Source: an uncultured Acidobacteriota bacterium
Lineage (GTDB): Bacteria; Acidobacteriota; Thermoanaerobaculia; UBA5066; Gp7-AA6
DNA: 64,000 nt
Assembly (NCBI GenBank): GCA_963764715.1
Contig: CAVXTP010000003.1
Span: 1-64,000 of the forward strand
Direction: 5' to 3'
The position numbers and the translations under genes are program-made. The notes beneath the pieces are model-generated. The model saw only the letters and a list, made by a program, of their open reading frames with translations. It was not told the DNA's origin and did no database searches. The first letter of the stretch is position 1; each line of letters starts with the position of its first letter. Shown here one piece after another: positions 21,731-29,922 of the stretch.

Positions 21731-22425
21731 CAGCCTTTCCTCACCGTCCGGCGCTCGATGCGCTTCTCGCGCGGCGCCACGACCAGGCGGTTCACGAACA
21801 CGCCGGGGGTATGGACGCACTCGGGGTCGAGCGCGCCGACCTCGACGAGCTCCTCGACCTCCGCCACGGCGATCCGCCCGGCCGTGATCGCCATCGGATT
21901 GAAGTTGCGCGCGGACTTGCGGTACACGAGGTTCCCGAGCCGGTCGCCCTTCCAGGCCGCGACCATCGAGAAGTCCCCCACGATCCCGCGCTCCAGCAGG
22001 TAGTCGCGGCCGTCGAAATTGCGCGTCTCCTTGCCCTCGGCGACGAGCGTCCCGGCGCCGGCCGGCGTGTAGAAGGCCGGGATGCCGGCCCCGCCCGCGC
22101 GCATCCGTTCGGCCAGCGTGCCCTGGGGCACGAGCTCGACCTCGAGCTCCCCCGAGAGGAACTGGCGCTCGAACTCGGCGTTCTCGCCGACGTAGGAGGA
22201 GACCATCTTGCGGATCTGCCGGGCGCGCAGCATGAGGCCGAGGCCCCAGTCGTCGACCCCGCAGTTGTTGGAGACGACCGTCAGGTCCTTGACGCCGCGC
22301 CGCACGAGCGCCGCGATCAGGTTTTCGGGAATTCCGCAGAGGCCGAATCCGCCGACGACGAGCGTCGCGCCGTCCGCGACGTCGCGCACGGCCTCGTCGG
22401 CCGAGGCGACGACCTTGTTCATCAT
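21730..22425 (-). CDS. scoA: 3-oxoacid CoA-transferase subunit A
   Basis: [27 protein letters not shown]. Confidence 0.95.
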   Translation of the reverse strand: MMNKVVASADEAVRDVADGATLVVGGFGLCGIPENLIAALVRRGVKDLTVVSNNCGVDDWGLGLMLRARQIRKMVSSYVGENAEFERQFLSGELEVELVPQGTLAERMRAGGAGIPAFYTPAGAGTLVAEGKETRNFDGRDYLLERGIVGDFSMVAAWKGDRLGNLVYRKSARNFNPMAITAGRIAVAEVEELVEVGALDPECVHTPGVFVNRLVVAPREKRIERRTVRKG

Positions 22426-22488
22426 CGTCGCCGATGATAACCGAGCGGGCGTTCCCATCGCCCCTGGCAGGACAATGCAGATTACGTT

Positions 22489-22628
22489 CGCGGCGCGAAT
22501 AGTCTCCCGAGCGAAGCGAGGGAGGAGGTTCGCGCCGCGGGAGCGAGGGCGCGGAGAGGGATCAGGTCCGCGGTCGAGCCCACAGGCGAGCCGCGGACCG
22601 GTGCGCCCGCAGGGCGCAGATCCCTCTC
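22489..22628. repeat. Intergenic nested palindromic element (two multi-stem structures)
   Basis: CGCGGCGCGAA..TTCGCGCCGCG enclosing CTCCC-GAGCGAAGCGA-GGGAG; GAGAGGGATC..GATCCCTCTC enclosing GGTCCGCGG/CCGCGGACC and TGCGCCC/GGGCGCA. Confidence 0.65.
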
Positions 22629-23797
22629 AAGCCCGAGCGACGATGAGGAACTCCGCGACTTCGAGGTCCGGGCTCGAGCCCGGGAAGCCCGCGAGGCGTT
22701 TCCGGCGCGCCTCGCCGTCCGGCGAGGCCGGCAGCAAGAGCGTATCGATCGACCGCACCCGGTAGCCCGAGGCCTCGAAGAGGTCGACGAGCGTCGAGCG
22801 GGTGAAGAAGCGCAGGTGGGTGCCCGAGAGGAGCGAGTACGGCACGTAGTCGAAGCGGCCGCGGATCAGATCGTCCACGATCGACCAGTGGCCGGCGTTC
22901 GGCACCGAGGCGACCAGGACGCCACTCTCCGCGAGCCACGGCCGGACGCGCACGAGCGCCTCGGACGGGTCGGCGAGGTGCTCGAGCACGTCGCCGAACA
23001 GGATCGCGGCGAACCGGCGGTCGAAATTCTCCCGGAGCTCCTCGAGCCTTCCGCAGAAGACCTCGTCGTAGACCTTCGCGGCCTCCGCGGCGTCCTCGCG
23101 GTCGGGCTCGATGCCGACGATGCGGCGGGCGCCGCGCGCCCGGAGGGCCGCCGCCGTCGCCCCGCGCGAGCAGCCGACGTCGAGCACGGCCGCCGCGCCT
23201 TCCGGCACTTTCGCGGCGAGGTCCTCGCGCGCCGAGGCGTCCATGGCGCCGTACCGGTGGAGGTACGCGCCCGGATCGATGCCGACCGAGAGCCGGCGCG
23301 CGCCGAGCTCCCGGGGAACGTCGCGCAGGGGCAGGTCCGGGGGGAGCGAGGCGAGCGCCGAACGGCGGACGGAGTAGACCGGCGACGCCGGAGCGGTGGC
23401 CGTCCGGACGGCGCCTCCCGCGGCGGCCGCGAACGCGGCCGCCTCGCCGAGGAGCGTCGGCGTCAGGTACGCGAACGGCGGCGCGAAGCGCGCCTCCTCG
23501 GATTCGGCCTCGTTGGAGACCGGCAGGAGCGCTGCGAGGTCGCTCCGGGACTCCAGACCGGCTCACGAGGCGCCCGGCGGGGCCCGGGAGCAGGTACGCC
23601 TCGGGGTCCGCCTGCACCAGGACGATCGGCGCATCGCCCGCCGCGTCGGCCACGACGGGCGCGCGGCCCGGCGTCTCGGTGCGGCGCGCCGCCGGAAGCT
23701 CCCGAAGGTACCTCGCCACCAGCCGCCAGGCCCAGGGCGCCTCGGCCGCGAAGCGCGGCACGCCGCCGACGACGAGGTCGAACGCCGGAAGGCTCAG
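22627..23797 (-). pseudogene. Class I SAM methyltransferase with N-terminal extension, one-base frameshift near 23557
   Basis: C-terminal VLDVGCSRG, DVLEHL.DP, HLRFFT. That frame is open up to TGA at 23563-23565. The protein-like upstream part (..DPEAYLLPGPAGRLVSR) is in another frame and joins if one base near 23557 is removed. Confidence 0.65.
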
Positions 23798-24972
23798 ACC
23801 GCTTCGACGAGCATCGCCGTGGCCTCGCCCCCGCCGATGCAGATCGCCGCGACGCCGCGCCGGCCGCCGCGCTTGCGGAGGGCGTGGATCAACGTCGTCA
23901 GGATCCGCGCGCCCGAGGCGCCGATCGGATGGCCCAGGGCGACCGCGCCGCCGTGGACGTTGACCCGGTCGGCCGGAAGCCCGAGCTCGCGGATCGCGGC
24001 CATCGCAACGGCGGCGAACGCCTCGTTGATCTCCCAGAGGTCGACGTCGGCCACCTTGAGGCCGGTCTTGCCGAGGAGCTTCTGGATCGCCCCGACCGGC
24101 GCCGTCGTGAACCACTCCGGCGCCTGGGCCACGCCGGCGCTCGCGACGATCCGCGCGATCGGCTTCCAGCCCTTCGCCTTCGCCCTGTCCGCGGAGGCCA
24201 CGACGAGGGCCGCGGCGCCGTCGTTGATCTTCGAAGAGTTGGCGGCGGTGACCGTGCCGTCCTTCTGGAACGAGGGCTTCAGGGTCGGCATCTTTTCGAG
24301 GGGCGCGCTGAAGGGCTCCTCGTCCGAGTCGATCCTCACCGGATCGCCCTTCTTCTGCGGCACCCCGACCGCCACGATCTCGTCGGCGAAGCCGCCGCCC
24401 TTCGAGGCCTCCTGCGCCCGCTTGTAGGACTCGAGCGAGAAGGCGTCCTGCTCCTGGCGCGTGAACGCGTACTTCGACACGCAGAGCTCGGCGCAGTTGC
24501 CCATGTGCGTGTCCTTGTACGGGTCCCAGAGGCCGTCCTTGATCATCGAGTCGACGAGCGTGCCGTGGCCCATCCGGAGCCCGGTGCGGGCCTTCTCCAG
24601 CAGGTACGGGGCGTTCGACATCGACTCCATCCCGCCGGCCACGGCGACCTCGTACTCGCCAGCCTGGATCGCGTTGCCGGCGTCCATGACCGCGCGCATT
24701 CCCGAGCCGCAGACCTTGTGGACCGTCACGCAGGGCACCGTGTCGGGGACGCCGGCCGCGAGCGAAGCCTGGCGCGCCGGCGCCTGCCCGATGCCGGCCT
24801 GGAGGACGTTGCCCATGATCACCTGCTCGACCTCGGACGCCGGCACGCCGGCCCGCTCGAGGGCGGCCCGGATGGCCGCGGCGCCGAGGGCGGGGGCGGG
24901 CAGCGAGGAGAGCTTTCCGAGAAACGAACCGATGGGCGTGCGGGCGGCGGAGAGAATGACGAGGTCTTTCAT
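23794..24972 (-). CDS. atoB: Acetyl-CoA C-acetyltransferase (thiolase)
   Basis: KVCGSG, GGMESMS, NEAFA, GHPIGASG, CIGGG. Confidence 0.96.
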   Translation of the reverse strand: MKDLVILSAARTPIGSFLGKLSSLPAPALGAAAIRAALERAGVPASEVEQVIMGNVLQAGIGQAPARQASLAAGVPDTVPCVTVHKVCGSGMRAVMDAGNAIQAGEYEVAVAGGMESMSNAPYLLEKARTGLRMGHGTLVDSMIKDGLWDPYKDTHMGNCAELCVSKYAFTRQEQDAFSLESYKRAQEASKGGGFADEIVAVGVPQKKGDPVRIDSDEEPFSAPLEKMPTLKPSFQKDGTVTAANSSKINDGAAALVVASADRAKAKGWKPIARIVASAGVAQAPEWFTTAPVGAIQKLLGKTGLKVADVDLWEINEAFAAVAMAAIRELGLPADRVNVHGGAVALGHPIGASGARILTTLIHALRKRGGRRGVAAICIGGGEATAMLVEAV

Positions 24973-25021
24973 AGGGGGCGCATTCTAACGCCGAGAGGCG
25001 ACCTTCTATTTCGCCGCCCGC

Positions 25022-25294
25022 CTATTTCGCCGACTCCAGCTTCCAGCCGGTCCGGACGGTCGTGGCCGAACAGTACGTCTTGAGGCAGTCGACGGCGTTG
25101 AGGCACGCGAGGATCGCCTGGCAGGCCTGCTGCGGGGTCGACCCGTCGGCGACGTCCGCGTTCTCGACGCACTTGCCGGAGTAGGCGGGGTTGGTGAAGA
25201 CGCAGGTGGCCCTCGCGGGAGCGGCGGGCGAGGGAGCCGGGCGGCCCGAGAGGAGGATGGTCAGGAGGACGGCCATTCCGAGAGTGCGTTTCAT
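25022..25294 (-). CDS. Small secreted six-Cys protein (90 aa)
   Basis: AAAGGAGAGG RBS; MKRTLGMAVLLTILL signal; six Cys in about 45 residues. Confidence 0.75.
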   Translation of the reverse strand: MKRTLGMAVLLTILLSGRPAPSPAAPARATCVFTNPAYSGKCVENADVADGSTPQQACQAILACLNAVDCLKTYCSATTVRTGWKLESAK

Positions 25295-25361
25295 CACCTC
25301 TCCTTTCGACGGACCGGGGACGTCGATCATAAACCCTGCCCGGCGGGTTAATCTGTTTCCC

Positions 25362-25772
25362 GTGTCCCGCATCCTGGCCGTCGACTTCGGAGAAAAGCGG
25401 ATCGGCCTGGCGACGTCGGACGCCTCCGGCACCCTGGCGACGCCGAGGATCACGCTGCGGCGGCGGAGCGACGCCGGCGTTCTCGAGGAGCTCGCCCGCT
25501 TCTGCGGGGACGAGGAGATCACGCTCTCCGTTTTCGGCATCCCCCGTTCACCCGAAGGCGTCGAGAGCCCCATCGCCGCCCGCATCCGGTCCTTCGCGGC
25601 GAAATTCGGGGCCCGGACGGGGCTGCCCGTGCGGTTCCACGAGGAGACCCTGACCTCGAACGAGGCCGCGCGCCGCCTCAACCGCCGGGCGCGGCCCGAG
25701 GACCTCGACCGCACCGCCGCGGCGGTCCTCCTCGAGGATTACCTGGCGAGCGTCGCCCCGGAGGCCCGGTGA
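25362..25772 (+). CDS. ruvX: YqgF/RuvX pre-16S rRNA nuclease
   Basis: ILAVDFGEKRIGLA.SD, E.LTS, D..AA..LL. Confidence 0.92.
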   Translation: MSRILAVDFGEKRIGLATSDASGTLATPRITLRRRSDAGVLEELARFCGDEEITLSVFGIPRSPEGVESPIAARIRSFAAKFGARTGLPVRFHEETLTSNEAARRLNRRARPEDLDRTAAAVLLEDYLASVAPEAR

Positions 25773-26851
25773 GCGCCGGCCGGCGGGCGATGCGGCTCGG
25801 CCTGTTGTTCGGGCTGCTGCTCCTCGTCCTGGCCATCCTCCTCTACCGGCGCCTCGAGTCCCCGCCGGCCCCGCGGGAGCCGGGCGAAGTGACGGTCTTC
25901 TTCCCCTTCGGCACGTCGACCACCGAGATCTTCCGCCGCCTCGACGCCGAGGGCGTCGTGTCGCCGGCCTGGCTGGCGGAGGCTTACTACCGGGTCGCCG
26001 CGAGCGCGACGCCGCTGCAGGCCGGCGAGTACCGCTTCTCCCGGCCGACCCCCCTCTCCGAGGTCATCGCCCGCATGGGGAGGGGCGACGTCGTCCGACA
26101 CTCGATCGTCGTCCCGGAGGGACTGACCGCCGACGAGACGTTCGCGCTCTTCCTCGACCGGGGCATCTCGCGGCCCCAGGCCTTCCGCAACGCCTTCACG
26201 AGCGCCCAGCTCATCGCGTCGATCGCCCGCGGGTCCCCGGACCTCGAGGGATTTCTGTTCCCGGACACCTACGTCGTCACGCGCTCGACCTCGGCGCGCC
26301 AGATCGTCGAGACGATGGTCGCCAACTTCCGCAGGCACTTCACGCCGGAGATGCGCGAGCGCGCGTCGGCGCTCGGCCTGACGCTGCCGCAGGCCGTGAC
26401 GCTGGCGTCGATCGTCCAGAAGGAGACGTCGCTCGAGCGCGAGGCCCCGCTGATCGCGGGGATCTACCTCAACCGCCTCAAGCGCGGGATGCGGCTCCAG
26501 GCGGACCCGACGGTGACCTACGCGTTGAAGCGCGACGGCAAGTGGACGGGGACGCTCTACCGGTCCGACTACGGCTACGCGTCGGAATACAACACGTACC
26601 GCATCGCGGGGCTGCCGCCGGGGCCGATCTGCAATCCGGGCGCGGCGGCCCTGAAGGCGGCGGTCGCGCCCGCGCGGACGGACTTCGTCTACTTCGTGGC
26701 CGACCGCGCCGGCGGCCACACGTTCTCGCGGACGTTCGAGGAGCACCTGGACGCGATCTCCGCGGCCCGGCGGCGCGATCGCGAAGCGGCGGCGCCCTCC
26801 GACGCGGCCCCGCCTCCCTCGGAGCCTCCGACGCCCCGGCCGATGCGCTGA
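25769..26851 (+). CDS. mltG: Endolytic transglycosylase MltG
   Basis: LEGFLFPDTY, ASIVQKE, LQADPT, YNTY..GLPPGPICNPG, YFVA. Confidence 0.95.
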   Translation: MSAGRRAMRLGLLFGLLLLVLAILLYRRLESPPAPREPGEVTVFFPFGTSTTEIFRRLDAEGVVSPAWLAEAYYRVAASATPLQAGEYRFSRPTPLSEVIARMGRGDVVRHSIVVPEGLTADETFALFLDRGISRPQAFRNAFTSAQLIASIARGSPDLEGFLFPDTYVVTRSTSARQIVETMVANFRRHFTPEMRERASALGLTLPQAVTLASIVQKETSLEREAPLIAGIYLNRLKRGMRLQADPTVTYALKRDGKWTGTLYRSDYGYASEYNTYRIAGLPPGPICNPGAAALKAAVAPARTDFVYFVADRAGGHTFSRTFEEHLDAISAARRRDREAAAPSDAAPPPSEPPTPRPMR

Positions 26852-26870
26852 CGGCCGGACGCCGGCGTCC

Positions 26871-26899
26871 TTGACCGACCGCGGCGCGAGGCCCACAAT
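26871..26899 (+). promoter_or_regulatory. Putative sigma70 promoter of the pseudokinase-TonB gene
   Basis: TTGACC-N17-CACAAT. Confidence 0.5.
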
Positions 26900-26917
26900 C
26901 GGGCGAAGCTCCACACG

Positions 26918-28753
26918 ATGTCGACCGACAAGCTGCCCCGACCCTTCGGCCGCTACATCCTGACCGCCGCGCTTCCGGGAGACGCGCTCGGGCGGCCGTA
27001 CCGCGCGCTGCGCGCGGGTTCGGCCGAGGACTTCGCGCGCGTGCGGATCCTCGACTCCCCCGAGCTCTCGAGCGAGGCGCTGCTCGACGCGATCGATGAA
27101 AACGGCGAGGTCCACGGGTTCCTGAAGAATCCGGCGGTCGCCCGCGGCGTCGAGATGGACGCCGTCGACGGGGTGCCCTACGTCGCCTGGAGCGAGCCGA
27201 GCGGCCGCACGCTGGCCGACCTGCACGCGAAGACCCGCTCGATCGGCCGGCGTCTCCCGGTCGAGCATGCGCTGCTGATCGCCGAGAAGGTGGCGACGGC
27301 GCTCGACCACGCCTACAACACGACGATCGACGGCGACCGGACGCTCCACGGGCTGGTCTGGCCGGGGTTCGTGGCCATCTCCGACGACGGCGAAATACGC
27401 CTCGCGGGCTTCGGCCTCGCGGCGGGGATCCTGCCGTCGATCGGCAAGCCGCGGCTCGCGCGCGAGCTCGGGCCGTACGTGGCGCCGGAGGCCCGCGAGT
27501 CGGGCGTCGTCGGACGCAACTCCGACGTCTTCTCGGTGGGCGCCCTTCTCTACGAGATGCTGACGGGCCAGGCACCGGGGCCCGACGCGCTGGCCTCCCT
27601 CAAGGGCACCGGGGCGGGCGCGCCGCCCCCGATCGTTCCCGAGATGCTGGCGGTCCTGCGGATGACGCTCGGGACGGCCGAGAGCCGGTACCAGTCGGCG
27701 GGCGACCTGCGGCGGGAGCTCGGCAAGCTTCTGTTCTCGGGCCCCTACTCGCCCTCGACGTTCAACCTGGCGTACTTCCTGAACGACCTCTTCCGCGAGG
27801 AGATCGAGGCGGAGACGCGGGCACGCAAGCGCGAGGCCGCGCTCGCCGCCGGGTACGCCGGGGCCTCCGGCGGAGCGGGCCCCACGGCGCCCCCGCCCGA
27901 GCCGGCGCCGGCTCCCCCGGCCCCGCGCCCGGAGCCCGAGCGCCCGCCCGCCACGGGACCGCGCATCACGATCGCCTCCGAGCCGCCGCGCCGCAGTCCC
28001 CTCGCCATCGTCGGCGGAGTGATCGCCGCCGCCGCGATCGCCGGAGGCATCTACGTCGTGTCGCGCCGCCCTTCCGGCGCGCCGCCCTCCCCGGGGGGAA
28101 ACCCGGCCCGCGCGACGACCGCCGCGCCCACCCCGACCTTTCTGCCGGAATTCCAGCCCACGCCGGCCGGCCCGACGACCGGGATGACGGCCGAGCAGTT
28201 CCGGGACGAAGTGTCCCGGCGGGTCGCGCTCGAGACCCAGAGGCTCGAGGCGCAGATGCGCGCCCGGCAGGCCCCGACTCCGGGCCGGCTCGCGGGCGGT
28301 CCGGGCGCCCCGCCCACGGCCTCGATCGAGGTGATTCCGGCGGCCCCGACCGCCACCCCGCTGCCCGTCGTCGTCGTCGCGCCCCCGATCGTCGCCCCGA
28401 CGGAGCCGCCCCGGGTCCCCCCCACGCTCCCGCCGGCGCCGACGCGCGCGGCGACCCGCGAGGGCGCGCTCGTCCCGATCGAGGAGCTCGACACGCCGCC
28501 GCGCATCGCGACGGTCGTGAAGCCCGGCTACCCGCCGCTCGAGCTGAGGGCCCGGATCGGCGGGACCGTCGTCCTCCGCGTCCTCGTGTCCGAGAAGGGC
28601 CTTCCCGCCGAGGTGGCGGTGGTCCGCGGCGCGAGGGCCGGGCTCGACCAGGCGGCGATCACGGCGGTGAAGAAGTGGACCTTCACGCCGGGAACCAAGG
28701 ACGGCGTGCCGGTCAAGTCCTGGCTGACGGTGCCGATCCCGTTCGAGCCCTAG
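26918..28753 (+). CDS. Ser/Thr pseudokinase - TM - Pro-rich spacer - TonB C-terminal domain fusion
   Basis: Kinase fold (FGRY, YVAPE, SDVFSVGALLYEMLTG) but catalytic motifs degenerate; C-terminal P.YP..G.V.LRVLV..G..LD.AA..AVKKWTF.P. Confidence 0.88.
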   Translation: MSTDKLPRPFGRYILTAALPGDALGRPYRALRAGSAEDFARVRILDSPELSSEALLDAIDENGEVHGFLKNPAVARGVEMDAVDGVPYVAWSEPSGRTLADLHAKTRSIGRRLPVEHALLIAEKVATALDHAYNTTIDGDRTLHGLVWPGFVAISDDGEIRLAGFGLAAGILPSIGKPRLARELGPYVAPEARESGVVGRNSDVFSVGALLYEMLTGQAPGPDALASLKGTGAGAPPPIVPEMLAVLRMTLGTAESRYQSAGDLRRELGKLLFSGPYSPSTFNLAYFLNDLFREEIEAETRARKREAALAAGYAGASGGAGPTAPPPEPAPAPPAPRPEPERPPATGPRITIASEPPRRSPLAIVGGVIAAAAIAGGIYVVSRRPSGAPPSPGGNPARATTAAPTPTFLPEFQPTPAGPTTGMTAEQFRDEVSRRVALETQRLEAQMRARQAPTPGRLAGGPGAPPTASIEVIPAAPTATPLPVVVVAPPIVAPTEPPRVPPTLPPAPTRAATREGALVPIEELDTPPRIATVVKPGYPPLELRARIGGTVVLRVLVSEKGLPAEVAVVRGARAGLDQAAITAVKKWTFTPGTKDGVPVKSWLTVPIPFEP

Positions 28754-28774
28754 CCGCGGGTCGGAGAAAAGCCG

Positions 28775-29902
28775 CTACGGCTTGGGCGGGGCGTAGTCGA
28801 TCGACTTGAGCCCCGGGGCCTTCGTCCGCAGGTAGTCCTCCATCACCTTGTCCTCGGTCCACATGATCTCGGTGCCGTCGACGTAGTACGTCGGCGTGGA
28901 CTTGACGCCCAGGCGCTGGCCCTCCTCCAGGTCCTTGCGCACGTCGGCGAGGCTCTCCTCCTTGAGGTAGCAGTTGAGGAAATCCGCGCGCGGGATGCCG
29001 GCCGCCTCGGAGAAGGTCAGCGCGAGCTCGTCGATCCCCGAGACCGTCATGGCGGCCTGCTGCGAGTAGACCTGCTTCTTGAACGCGAACATCTGCTGCT
29101 TGGCGAACCGCCAGATGCAGTCGGCGGCGGAGGCGGCCTTCATCGACCAGGCGTGGGAGAACCAGAGCGGATAGAACTTGTAGTAGCGCTTGTAGGAGAG
29201 CACGCCGTTGTTGGCTTCGAGCAGGGCGTCCATCTGCCCGCCCCGGTAGCGGCAGTAACCGCACTCCATGTCGGCGAACTCGACGATCGTCACGGCGCCG
29301 TCGGCCTTGCCCTCGAAGCGCCCCTGCGAAAGGTCGATGCGCTTCTTGCGCTCCTCGCGGGGATCCATCTGGAAGTCCCAGAGGCTCCCGTTGAAGAACC
29401 TCGACCCGTCCGGCGTCACGTACCCGGGCATGCGCACGGGGCCCCAGCCCGACTCGACCGCCACCCAGATGCCCTTGAGGCCGGCCGCGTCGCGCTCGGG
29501 GGCGAGCGAGGCCTTGGCCCTCGTCCGGTAGACCGCCGCGGTGCGGCTGTCGATCCAGCCCAGGTCGGCCGAGGCCGTCACGGGCTTCGGCGACGGGTTG
29601 GTCAGCGTGTCGCCGTCGAAGAACCACCTGCCGTCGTCGGAAACGTAGACGAGACGGTCGATGGCGAGCTTGGGGTACTTGCCGGTGCGCTTGACCTTCC
29701 AGCCCTGGAAGCCCGGCAGGCGGTCGGCCGCCTTCTCGACCGTGACTTTCGAAGCCGGGTCGAACGGCAGGTAGTTGTTGAGGTAGCCGGGCAGCCGGGC
29801 TTCCACGGAGGCGGACGCGGCCGCGTCCTTCGCCTGGGCCCGCAGGGGCGCGGCGGCGAGCGCGAGCGCCAGCAGGCAGAGTCCCATCGTTCGAGTCTTC
29901 AT
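28775..29902 (-). CDS. DsbC/DsbA-like disulfide oxidoreductase (CGYC)
   Basis: Signal peptide; EFADMECGYC; GVKSTPT; two YV..DG..FF.G DsbC-N-like segments. Confidence 0.85.
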   Translation of the reverse strand: MKTRTMGLCLLALALAAAPLRAQAKDAAASASVEARLPGYLNNYLPFDPASKVTVEKAADRLPGFQGWKVKRTGKYPKLAIDRLVYVSDDGRWFFDGDTLTNPSPKPVTASADLGWIDSRTAAVYRTRAKASLAPERDAAGLKGIWVAVESGWGPVRMPGYVTPDGSRFFNGSLWDFQMDPREERKKRIDLSQGRFEGKADGAVTIVEFADMECGYCRYRGGQMDALLEANNGVLSYKRYYKFYPLWFSHAWSMKAASAADCIWRFAKQQMFAFKKQVYSQQAAMTVSGIDELALTFSEAAGIPRADFLNCYLKEESLADVRKDLEEGQRLGVKSTPTYYVDGTEIMWTEDKVMEDYLRTKAPGLKSIDYAPPKP

Positions 29903-29922
29903 CTGTTCCCTTTCGCGGTGGT

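Noticed and set aside
23563-23565. In-frame TGA as possible selenocysteine codon, given selA in the window
   Set aside because: Sequence upstream of the TGA in that frame is not protein-like; a one-base frameshift explains it better
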